Part shown: positions 53,524-64,000 of the stretch, in pieces
Layout: each line of letters opens with the position of its first letter
Numbering within the stretch: the first letter of the stretch is position 1
Origin: Calcarisporiella thermophila CBS 279.70
Lineage: Eukaryota > Fungi > Calcarisporiellomycota
Length of the DNA stretch: 64,000 nt
NCBI RefSeq assembly: GCF_041956535.1
Contig: NW_027192212.1
Coordinates: 326,970 to 390,969, forward strand
Direction of reading: 5' to 3'
Notes under the pieces: generated by a model
Told to the model about the DNA's origin: nothing
Databases searched by the model: none
What the model saw: only the letters and a program-made list of their open reading frames with translations
Translations under genes and position numbers: made by a program

Positions 53524-55272
53524 TTAAAGCATTTCACTAGCGTCTCTCGCCACCTCTCCGCCCGCAATCAGCGCACCGCTATGATTATGGAAGTGAATAT
53601 TATGATGGTGCCCGTAGTGGATGTGTCGCAGTTGACGCGGGTAGCCTCTCAGAGTCGCACTGCTAATCGTCGAATTAGTGCACAAGGTGGTAGGCATGAG
53701 CAGCTTGTTTTCGGTTTCGTCTGCATCTCCGATTAAAACCACTAATGAGGGCTCCAGGGACGCGGAGGATGAGTCGGGAAGAGTGGGCGTTTTGACTAGA
53801 CCAGCGCGGGTAAGGGCTGCGTTGGAGGTGGAGAGTTGTCGCAAGCGCAACTGCCTCAAAGGGGAGGACAGAGGAGTGGAGGTGGGGAGATTGTTCACAG
53901 CGCCTGGTCCGCGATTTTCCCCTTCATTCTCCTCGTCACCCGCCCCCTCTTCTCTTCTCCACCTTTGGATAGTTCCCAGAATAGACCTCCTGATTCGTTT
54001 ACCTCGCCCCAAGCTTTCGCCCTTCTCCGTCGACGGGAACGGCGCAGTCTCTGGGAGGGCCGAGAAGAGCGCTGCAATTCTCTCCTGCTCACGATTCCAG
54101 TGAGGCCGGCACAACCGATACTCCAGCGGCACCAGCTGTTCATTCTTCTCCACTATTCTTCCGCGAATGACGTGCGATTCAAAATAGGGTCCTCCGCAGA
54201 ACCCACAGGTCTTGGCTTCGGAAAGATAGTCGATGAGTCGTGGTGGAATATTCGGAGGGACGCGCATCCCCTGACGAACGATAGTACGAGCGGCCAACTC
54301 GACCAGTGAAGGGGGGGAGTGCGTATGCTCGTGCACAAATTCTGTCTTGAGAGGGCAGTTTTCCAGGAATAGTCTCCTTAAGTACTGTAGCTTTCCGATG
54401 TCAGCGGGTAATGCAGTAATAGGATTGCCGCTCAAATCCAGATGTACAAGTGCTTTGAGATCACCCACGGAAGAGGGAAGGAAGCTCAGCCGGTTATGAT
54501 TTAGAATAAGCATATCCAGCTTTACGAGGCCGTTGATCGTAGTTGGGAGGGTAGCGAGGTAATTATGTGAAACTTTCAGGTGCTCAAGTTTGGTTAGGCA
54601 GCCGATGGTGTTCGGAAGCGATGTGAGCCTGTTCATAGAGAGATCGAGCTCCTTTAAGTTCTTAAGCATACCAAATTCATCCGGTAAGGCCATCAACTCG
54701 TTGCAGCATCTACAAGGTCAATCAGTCAGTACCTATATTCTTTTCCAGGAAATACGCTAGCCTATGTCTGATGCTTACATTTCCAATTTAGTAATCATAA
54801 TTAAATGCTTAATATTTGGCGATAATTGCATAATTCCCGCACCGCCCAGTGACAATGCCTTTCCGTTACCCAAATCTCCAAACGTGATGGTCTGTAATTG
54901 ATCTTCTTCAAGCGCCTCAAGCTTTTCTTCACCATCTCCTTCTCGATTGTCCAGAGAATTAGCGCCAAAAGAAGTGAATGATGCCCATGAGATTCGGGAT
55001 GAACGCCAGCGATTTGAACGTTGGCGTGAAGAACGATCCTCATGATGATGATATGAACGACGAATAGGAGATTGGGCGTAGATTTGCTCAGTTGGATCGC
55101 CATGATCGAGTAAATCCCCTGGTAGATGATGTTCCACTAATGTGGAAGCGGGGCGCTGTGATCGTGGGCTCTCTTCAATATTCTGCTGCTGGTGTTGTTG
55201 TTGCTGTTGTTTGGAGGGACGCGCATAGGCAAAGAGGAGCTCTTGTTGCTCCTTACTTAGGCTGTGTCCCAT
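53524..55272 (-). CDS. Leucine-rich-repeat protein with BC-box and Cys-rich C-terminal module (LRRC58-like); likely N-myristoylated (2 exons)
   Basis: Start MGHSLSK (MGxxxS); about 6 LxxLxLxxNxLxxLP repeats; PPSLVELAARTI; YL..A..CGFCGGPYFE...VPLEYRLC. Confidence 0.75.
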
Positions 55273-56255
55273 GATACCTGTTGTTATGTATGATTCCACC
55301 TAAACTCAGCTCGCGCTTTCACGCTCTCTTCTCCTCAGGAAGCGCCTTCGATTTCACCTCAATGCTATGCGAGAGGGGCTAAGAAACCAATAGCTTAGGG
55401 ATGACAGGAAGCAGGCAGAGGATTTCAATAGCCAAAATCCTTCTCAGACTAACAAGGAAGCTGGGATGGAGTAGCAAATAAACCAATCGGCAGAGAGTAT
55501 AAGAGTTGCGATTTGTAATGTTAGGAAAAGGCTCGGAGAGAGGGAGGATAAGGGCGTCTTAACAATGCAGTCATCAACTAACGATGGCGGGAAAGGCTGG
55601 GGAAAATCAAGGATGAAGCGGCTTAATAAAACAAGAAGAATAATATCCGAATCCCTGCCCTTTCTCTACATTACTCACCCCCACGCTAAAGAAAAATGAA
55701 AAAACCACACAAGAGCTTCTCTTCCTATTCCAGCAAAGCCCGATCCAGCAATCTAGACCAATGGCTAATAAGAGTTTCAAGTTAATAAATTTTTAATTTT
55801 CCGCTTCAAGAAAGGTTAGATTTTTTTTCGCTCCCTTGCTCAGTGGCCGGCATGAGAAGCAAAGGATCTCCTCGCCAAATGATCCCCATCGAAGCCATGC
55901 TGCTGTGCTTCTTGGGCCACCATACATGGGGCACAACCATCGCACCACCTTGGTGGTGATTAGCCCTCCTCTGAATGGGACGGGCCGCGAAATACGAAGG
56001 TAAGGCCGAGGATGATGGTCTTCTGGGGTGATTGGCTACGGAAGTTGGATGGGAATGTGTTCCAATAACGTGTGCTGAGCTAGATCACCTCTGAGATGTT
56101 GATGTATTTCTTTGAGTATACCCTCCCTGACCATGTATGAAATCCTTGGAAAATACAAAAATAAGGCATATAGAAAGTGGTTACGTCATCAATTTTCCTT
56201 CAAATTATATAAAAATTTTACCTCTTTATGAATATTAAGAAAATAATATCCAAAA

Positions 56256-59103
56256 ATGAGCAGTGATGATCGGAAAAGGCCTGCTCTGGAGGAGACACAA
56301 CTGGGTGTCTCCCCGGCACGCCCAATAAAGCGCCGATCTACGGGGTATGACTCCAAGCTCGCTTCATCGCCGCTCCACGACTCTGATCAATCAGGATACA
56401 CAGAGGTAATCTATTATTCATATTTTTCAATAGCAGAGTGGGAACTTTCTCCATGCCGAGGGGAGAATGGTAAAACTGCTATTGGAAGATCATATAGATT
56501 AACGGATCCACATGTTTGCATCATTTGCGACTAAGCTGAGTACGTATTGATCTGAATCTTTATACCGTAGAAATGGATTGAAGATTTTCAAAAAGAGGCG
56601 ATCTGGCGTCAATCACAAGAATATAAGAGAAGAGCTACGCGATGCGAGTTTCGCTTGAGCCGTAGCTCAACGCAACAGGCGGAGAAAGATGCCTACTTTA
56701 GCACTGCCAAGAATGCTTGGGAAGAGGTAAATCCATTGTTTTTTTCTCGGATTCTCACTCTTCGCTAAACTGCTTTTTTTAATGCTAGACAATGGGGTAT
56801 CTGCTCGAACTACTTAAAAGAATAAACGAGGATTCGCGACTGAAATCCTTATTAAATAATGGTAAGCGTCGAAACAAGTCGAAAGCGCGCATGAATTTTA
56901 GATTGAATTATTCAATTTAGCAGGGAGTACCCAATCTGCCTCACTTTTCGCATACACACTCTCCGACACCACTCTCACCACCCACGATTCCCTAAAACAT
57001 CTCCCGCCCATTGATACTTGCCAAGCCCTCATCGCCAGCCTCAACGACCTCCTCGCGGCATGGCTTAAACGTCGTGCTAAATTTGTGGACGATGCCTTAT
57101 CGGGTGTGGAAGGCGATCTTAGTGCAGTCGAAAAACTAAAAGATGGCTATCGTGAGCTCAACCTGCGGTTTATGCACAAGCAGAAAGCCATGAACGAGTT
57201 GCAGGGGCGATGCCATGCCCTGGAAATGAGAAAAAAGGTGCTGGAAGTGGAGGGCGAAGTCTTTGGAGGGCGCATTAAAACGGCAAAGGGCTACTTGGAT
57301 CAGATGCGTGAAGAGATTGGACAGGCAGCAAGCAAAGCGGAGAAGCTTGAGCCCAATTCCACAACCAACACACCCGCAGTAACAGGCGACCACACCGGCT
57401 CAAATGTCCCCGCCAAGGATACCAGTGGGGAGACAACTGTTACTGTTCCCCCCAATGGGGACGCGGCGGTCGTAGAAGCTCAGCAGCAGCAAAGAGAGCT
57501 ACAACAGATGAATATGCAGCGCGAGGCGGAAATGCAACTTCTGGATGAAACACGTCAGAATGAAATTCAGGCGATGCATGAAGAGCGCGCACGACTGGAC
57601 AATGAAGCTGCGCGCATTCGCTCGCAGATAGTTGGCCTGCCAGAGGAACGCATTAAAGAGACAATGCAGTATCGAACTCTACAGCTTGCTCTCGAAAATG
57701 TGTCTGCCCTCTGTGACGACCTGGAGGAACGGCTTCGAGAGGTGACCGCTTCACTTGAGGAGGAACGGCGGTCGAAAAACCAGCTCATCGAGGGAAACTC
57801 CATCCACCAAGGAGAACGAGAGCGCATGATTGAGAAGGAGATAAAAAAGGTGGAGGCCGATTTGGAGCGCGTGCAGGCCCAGAGGGACCAGTTGAAACAA
57901 CAGGTGAACTCGCGGCAAGGGAAGGAAGAGGCGCGGCGGGCAGAGGTCGAAAGCCTGTTGAGGGCCGTGGAGAAACAGAGGGAGCAACTGAAGACGCTTC
58001 CCGCCGAGATTGAACGGTTGAGCGCGATGGCCAACGAGGTGGGGGGCGAGCAGTTCAAGCATTTTTTGGAGGAAGAGAGACAAAAGCTTGGGGAGTTGGA
58101 GAAGGAGGCGGACGAGGAGGAGTTGCGCGCCTCCGTGCTTCTCGTGCAACGGGATATTAAGCGACGGGCCCGGGAAGGACGGCTGGACGTAGACTCAGCC
58201 CACTCACGGGAAATGGAGCTAAGGGAGCAGGTGGAAGCGCTCGAGCGCACGCTCCGAGATTATGAGGCGCAGGTGACCGCCAGCGAGCTGGCCAAGCAGG
58301 TCTGCTCGGTAGGGGAGGCCATCGTGCAAGCCGATTTGAAACTGGCTTACTACGAGAAGTTTGAGCCGCAGCTTCTTGCGGAGATTGAGAATATTGGGCG
58401 TGCTTACGCCGCGTTCGAGGAGCAGGGCCCCGGGAGAGAGAGGGAAATCCGCCAGCGCGACGAGCGCTCCGGCAAGTTACGCGCGGAAATCTCCAAATAT
58501 GAGCAGAAGATAGCCGAGCTGGCGTCGCAAGTGGAGCAACAATCGGAGGCCGTGGCAAAAAAGCGGCTCACTAGCGAGCGGCAGGCGGAGATGGTGGGGA
58601 GGCTCGGCGAGCGGGTGCGGGGGTTGGACGGGCAGATAGCAAACATAGAGAAAGAGGTCGTCCAGCGGCGGATAGAGCTTGTGGTGCAGCGGGAAGCCCT
58701 GCAGAACGCAAGTCGCATCGCGTCTGAAATGAAACAGCGCCTGCAGCAGAGTGAGGCACTCCTGGCGGAAGCTCAGCGTCTGCTCGCCGAGCGCACGCAA
58801 CAGTGGGAGCATGAGGTCCGTGCTCGACAGCGCGCGGAGGAGGAGGTGGAATCCCTTCGTAAGCGAGCAGAGAAACTAAAGAACACGGACCGGAACGAGG
58901 AGCTCAACCGGCGGAGAAAGGAATATCTTGGGCTGCTCAAGTGCGCGGCCTGTAATATCAACTTCAAGACCCACTTGCTTGCACGGTGTTTGCACGTGTT
59001 TTGTAAAGGATGCATTGATAGTCGGCTGGAAACTCGGCAACGAAAATGCCCCGCCTGTGGTGAAAGTTTCGGGGTGAATGATGTGCAACGGTTTTATCTT
59101 TAA
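56256..59103 (+). CDS. BRE1: E3 ubiquitin ligase Bre1 (histone H2B monoubiquitination; 4 exons)
   Basis: N-terminus DRKRP; FQKEAIWRQ.QEYKR; long coiled coil; LLAEIENIG.AY...EEQ; C-terminal RING LKCAAC...K...L.RC.HVFCK.CI..RLETRQRKCP.C...FG.NDV...YL. Confidence 0.93.
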
Positions 59104-59513
59104 CATCCCTCTATTTTTATTTTTTTTCTTTTCTTCCTTTCTTTCCCTCTCTCCTACTTCCCCTTCTCCCCTGTACCATTGTCGCTCTTCACCGTATAAA
59201 AAGGGTAATCCATCATAAGATCTTCCAAAAACTAGAGGTTAGGATTCTCTCATGTGTTTTATTAGTTAATGCTTTCTTATTTTCTTTTTCCTCATACATG
59301 TTGTGTCTTCTGCGGTGATTGTTTTTTTTTTTTTTTGCCAACTTTTCCACTCTTATCTTCTAATTTTTTAAACAATAAAACAGAGAAACACTTGAAAACA
59401 ATACACAATGAAGTAGCAGTTCTATTAGAGAGGAGAGGTGGAGGCAAAGAAAATGGCTTGAAAGGAAAATAGCAGAGCAAGAAATAACATACAGGGCATC
59501 ATCGCGACGAATC

Positions 59514-60076
59514 TTATTTCTTCTTCCCAGCTGCAGCTTGGAGGGCCTTCCCCCCGCGCTCTCTTAAATAGTAGAGCTTCGCCCGTCTGCTCTTGGCAGC
59601 CCTTTGCACCACTCGGATATCCTTCAGGAGAGGCGAATAGAGGCTAAACCGAACCTCCACTCCCGTCTTCAATATATGGTTCCGCAAGGTAAAGCATGTG
59701 TCTACGCCTTTGCGCCGAATGGAGGTCAGGATACCCACAAAGGAGTTGGTTGTGTTGCGGGCAAGGGAAAGGTATGATTCGACGACGAGCACGGAGCCGG
59801 GGAGCACACGGTCTGGATTCGAGCGGTGGAAAAGAGCGGTACGGGCACCAGTGGGGTCGAGGGATTGAATCTGACGGGTTTGCAGGGTAACCATGGTATT
59901 GCCTGAGGGTTTTGTGGAGGCTAGCAACCATGGGGAGGAAATTCGGATTATCCTTTGATCCAAACATCCTATACATCAATAAAAACCAAAAGTTTACCTT
60001 GAGAGGCTGTGGCTACCTGCCTGGAGAGGGTAGGCGCTCTCCGTGCTAGGCCGAGTATATTCCCGAGTTTTAACAT
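59514..60076 (-). CDS. IMG1: Mitochondrial ribosomal protein bL19m (2 exons)
   Basis: Presequence MLKLGNILGLARR; LDPTG.R..LF; PGSVL.V; FVGIL..IRRKG.DT.FTLRN....GVE.RF.LYSP; RRAKLYYLR. Confidence 0.9.
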
Positions 60077-60348
60077 GGATGGCTACTTGGACGATCTGAT
60101 CGCGATCAACTCGTGGTGTACTCTTGTCGAAAGTTGTTTACAAATACTGTGCCACCCCTATTGCTACCACTCTTTCTCGATTTAAGAAATCTGAAGTCCC
60201 AATTCGAAATTAAATCGCACGTACGCCAGACGCGTTTCGAGTCGAAGTGGCGCTTTTCACGTTGAATACTTTTTTTTTCTCCCTACGATCGATTTTCTAG
60301 CTCCAGCAACCCCAACTTGCTTCCTCGACACAACAGAGACTGATCAGA

Positions 60349-60859
60349 ATGTCGTTCCATCTCCCATACGTGAATCCCTTCGCTGTCATAGTGGGCACCC
60401 TTTTCCGCTTTTTCTTAAACATGTACTTCTACTCACCCTATGGTTTTGGGACACCGTGGATGGAAGCGATGCGCGCCGACAAAAATGACCAGAAATTCCC
60501 GCAAAAGGAGGACTTTTCAATATCGAGGGCCCTAAGCATCACCGGTGCTGTTAATTTGATAGAGGTAAATCGGAACTTCCCCTGCTCCTGGTTCAAAGAC
60601 ATCATATTTAAGCCATTACTCTAATTGCTTTTTGTAGACCTATTTCCTAGGGCTGATTATGAATCTCGCACAGGTATACTCCTTCAATCATGCGGCACAA
60701 ATTGCGCTGTACCTATTCGTTGCCGTGCAACTGTCGAAGCTGCAAGGCGAATTGACATGGGAGGGAAGGCCCTTGTCCCTCATTAAGATTAAGACTGCAA
60801 CATCACTTATGGAGCTAATTGCTCTGTGCCTCTTGTTGCATGCAGTGGGGACATACTAG
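60349..60859 (+). CDS. DUF1761-like small multi-pass membrane protein (2 exons)
   Basis: VNPFAVIVGT....L.M.FYSP..FG.PWM.AM; four hydrophobic segments; WEGRP..LI.I. Confidence 0.65.
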
Positions 60860-61121
60860 TTTCCGCTATACAAGTGTATGTAATATGATCCATTTCGGCT
60901 TTCCCTCTATTCATTACTCGCTCCTTTTGTGTGTGTGCCGATATACTACTTAGTGTTTATTATCTTAATGCGTGCGTTTAACTCTCTCACTATAGTTAAC
61001 CTTCCTCTTTATTTCCTCTTTTGTCACGCTAACACAAGAGGGAAAAAAAAGCTAGCGTATTGAAGTGATTTTTATCTATTTTTCATTGGAATAAATAGTT
61101 TCTGATTCGTTTGCACGGCGG

Positions 61122-61758
61122 CTACTGAGACTTCATGGCCACTGCCTTAATCTCGATGAGAAGCTTGGGCTATTCTCATTCAAATCCACATCAATGTCCT
61201 TCAGAAGATAGCCAACATGGCTCGATTAAAATAACACCTACCGAAGGCAATTCCTTGACCGCCACCGTGGTGCGTGCAGGTCCGGTCTCGGCATTGAAAT
61301 ACTCGTTATACACTTCATTGAACCCGGCGTAGTCGCGCATGTCAACCAGAAACACTGTGAGATCTACTAAATCGGTAAGGGAGGCGCCGGATTGTTGGAG
61401 AGTATCTTTAATGCTATGAAGATGGGATAAAAAGAAGAGGATGAGCAAACTTCAAGAGAGCGTGGGAAAGAAGGAGGATGGCCACTTTTCGATAACGGCG
61501 CGAGTCTGTTTGCGGATGTCGAGCTGGAGCTCTCCGTCAGGCAGTTGTGACACGCCTTCATACCTAGAATAGACGGTCAATTATTAAAATACAATTCAGG
61601 AGGAAACAAGCATGAATGCGGTCGAGGAATTACGTGTTGTCAGGACGACGGCTGCTGGTACCCGAAATGTAGATCCACGGGCCTACCACGCGGGCGTGGG
61701 GGTAGTTGGCAAGGGACTGTGCGCGGTTTTGAAGGATAAGATTGCTTGTTGTGGACAT
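61122..61758 (-). CDS. RidA/YjgF-family protein, 2-aminomuconate deaminase-like (4 exons)
   Basis: LANYPHARVVGPWIYISGTSSRRPDNT|YEG...LDIRKQTRAVIEN|I...L..SGA.L.DLVD.TVFLVDMRDYAGFNEVY.EYF....GPARTTVAV.ELP|.PKLLIEIKAVA. Stop TAG at 61122-61124. Confidence 0.85.
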
Positions 61759-62183
61759 GGGAGGATTCACAGGATGGGAAAACTCTCCAAAGCGCCTTCC
61801 AATTCACTGAACGAGGGAGGAAAATTACAATTCAAGAAATCGATACAAATGCGGAAGCGGCTTTATTTTTATCTACTATGGATTGGAGAGAAAAGCAAAG
61901 AGGGAAAGGGGAAAAACGAAAGGAAGAGAATAGAAGAATACTCAAACAATGTAAACGAAAAAAAAAAACAATGATAATAAAACAAGGGAAATGATGGAGG
62001 GATGGGAGAGGGAGCGCGGATATTTTTTGAGATGAAACCATAGAAGCAGACACTGTTTTGAAAGAAGTGAGAAAGAAAGAAAAATGAAAAAAAAAAAAAT
62101 ACATTGAAAGCTATAAATAGGAAAAGTATAGGATCACGGCAACAATACGGTTCGTTTTTTTTTTGGACCTATATCCCAGTGGC

Positions 62184-63359
62184 CTAGCCTTGCACGCTGC
62201 TGGGCAAGCTGCCCAAGAGCTCGGGCGGGAGCTCACCATCCTGTAGCGGGCAATTGAAGCTTGCGCTTTCTTGGAGGGTTGGGGATATGGTGAAGAAGAG
62301 GATGCGCAGGTACAGGATCAGGTTGTAGTTCACGGTCAACTTCTGCTTCGGCCCGCCGGTGAACCCGCACTTGGAGGCGATGTCGGCGAGCACCGCTTGC
62401 GCATTAGGCATGTCCGACGTGTATTGAATCGAGAAGGGGAAGTTGAGCTCCGTCGTGGACTTGGGGCCAAAGTAGACGTCAGTCAGGTTACCGCCTCCGA
62501 CGGGCACCCCGCGGCTGCCGGCGCTTGCATTGGGCACGGGGTAGAAAGCCTCGGCCTTGATCATGGAAAAGCTGGCGCCGAAAATGTTGGGGTTCTCCAC
62601 CGAGACGTCCAGGCCCATGTTGATGCTGAAGTTTCGGCCCTGGGCGAGATAGGTCGGCCGGCCGTCGGGACTTGGGCCGGTGCCTTTGAAGTTGATATTG
62701 GGCTGCTTGAAGGTCGCAGCCAATGCCCCAATCACAATGATCAGAATGATCAGAAGCACGAGGCACCCGCACCCGACGAACCGCAGCCAAACCGGGCAGC
62801 AAGGGCAGCACCGTGAGCAGAACTGGCGCTTTTTCTTGGCCATCTCCTTTTCGTTTTGCTCCACGTCGTCCCGGTCGTCGTCTAGCATGGTGGTGTATCT
62901 CCAACCGGGAGGAGCGACTCCAGCTGGAAGATTTGCATAGGATGGATCGCTCGGAGGGGATGGATCTCCGTGCGCCAGGGGGGTAGCACTGGATGGGCGA
63001 TCGTAGAGCGGCTCCTCGGATGTTGCCGGAGAAGAGGCATGGCCCATCCACTTCGACGTTGAATGGCGATGAGGGGGAGGGGGAGGGGGGGGAGATGACG
63101 ATTCATCGTAATCAGGATATGGAATGGGGGCTACGCTGTGGTAGTCATTAGGGTAGGCGGGATTAGCATACGTGGCGAGGGGAGCAGGCGCCAGAGGATT
63201 CTGTGGGTAGGCCAGATTCTGCTGGGGAGCTGCAATGTAGGTTGGCGCATAGGCATTTGACGGGATGTCGGCCTGGCCGTAGTCACGGGATGGACGTCTG
63301 CCTTCTAAGCTGGACCGATGGTCGCGGAAGCGCCGGTAGTCGTCGCGGTAATTCGACAT
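62184..63359 (-). CDS. Type II membrane protein with LEA_2 (NDR1/HIN1-like) domain and Pro/Tyr-rich cytosolic N-terminus (intronless)
   Basis: Start MSNYRDD; Cys cluster CSRCCPCCP before TM CLVLLIILIIVIGALA; P.I.F.G; L.VSVENPN; VGGG.L....FGPKSTT...FPF. Confidence 0.7.
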   Translation of the reverse strand: MSNYRDDYRRFRDHRSSLEGRRPSRDYGQADIPSNAYAPTYIAAPQQNLAYPQNPLAPAPLATYANPAYPNDYHSVAPIPYPDYDESSSPPPPPPPHRHSTSKWMGHASSPATSEEPLYDRPSSATPLAHGDPSPPSDPSYANLPAGVAPPGWRYTTMLDDDRDDVEQNEKEMAKKKRQFCSRCCPCCPVWLRFVGCGCLVLLIILIIVIGALAATFKQPNINFKGTGPSPDGRPTYLAQGRNFSINMGLDVSVENPNIFGASFSMIKAEAFYPVPNASAGSRGVPVGGGNLTDVYFGPKSTTELNFPFSIQYTSDMPNAQAVLADIASKCGFTGGPKQKLTVNYNLILYLRILFFTISPTLQESASFNCPLQDGELPPELLGSLPSSVQG

Positions 63360-64000
63360 TGGCGTTGCTGGGGGGAGGCGGGGGGAGCTAGCGGAGAAGG
63401 CGGGGGGAGAGGGCGGTGGAAGCAGAGAGAGAGGGAGAGGAAGAGCTGGCGACGAGAGCCGGAATAAGAAAGGATTACTGATTGCAAATCCAACGAGCAA
63501 TTAAAAATAGAAAGAGAGCCAAACCTTTTCGCCCCTTTTTGTCCAACCAACCACGATCAGCAACCGCTCTTTTGAGCGAAAATTAAAACGGCTGATATCA
63601 CTGGTGCATTTCGAATGGAAGAAATTCAAAGTTTCTATCGCACAAAACTTCTTGGCCCGTTGCTTGCCGCCCACCGCCCTGGGATCGGGCGAGCGCGCCG
63701 ACCGGGTTCGGCTGTCTCCTAAGCAGCCGCGCCATCGCCGAATGCTTGCGTCGAATGCTGTCGTCATCCAAGCTGCCGATGCCCGCGCGCATTGCACTCT
63801 ATGAGTTAATGCGGCCTCTCCGCGGGATCGCCGCGATCTTTTTAGAAAGATGGCCCGCCATGGAATAGAGGGCGCCACCTGGAACGCGAGGTAGCTGGGG
63901 CGCCTCCGACCAAGACGATCCGCTCAAGGGGGACAGCGACTCTGGGCTTGCTTTGTAATCCTTACCGGCTGCACGCGGCTACTCCGCGCCATCGGCCTAG

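Overview
A gene-dense, intron-containing eukaryotic window from an early-diverging fungus. Mucoromycota is the most likely lineage, inferred from the pentafunctional AROM, SamB/Mub1, Yap1 with a PAP1 domain, a REC-PDE and short introns. I can reconstruct about 28 protein-coding genes, mostly housekeeping: PIF1, KEL3, HRT3, MCR1, YAP1, NUP2, RRP46, UBC4, NIF3, ARO1, eIF4B, MRPS2, MOCS2B, eIF3m, BRE1 and MRPL19. I recognised no rRNA, tRNA, CRISPR array or intact transposon. The most unusual items are: (1) a G-alpha subunit whose catalytic switch-II Gln is replaced by His (DVAGH), with further P-loop and switch-I changes; (2) a membrane-anchored fusion of a glycosyltransferase-like domain and a degenerate alginate/glucuronan-lyase-like domain; (3) a ricin-B lectin with a perfect (YGQPPQG)x10 low-complexity tail and a 7-nt micro-exon; (4) a RegA-like receiver-phosphodiesterase; (5) a Yap1 lacking the peroxide-sensing cysteines; (6) LRRC58-like, GPS2-like, plant-type PEX22 and bacterial-type 2-aminomuconate deaminase genes; and (7) a marked AT-rich to GC-rich gradient across the window, with a divergent HMG-box gene in the AT-rich part. 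Exon boundaries were read by eye and all family assignments rest on motif recognition, not database searches.
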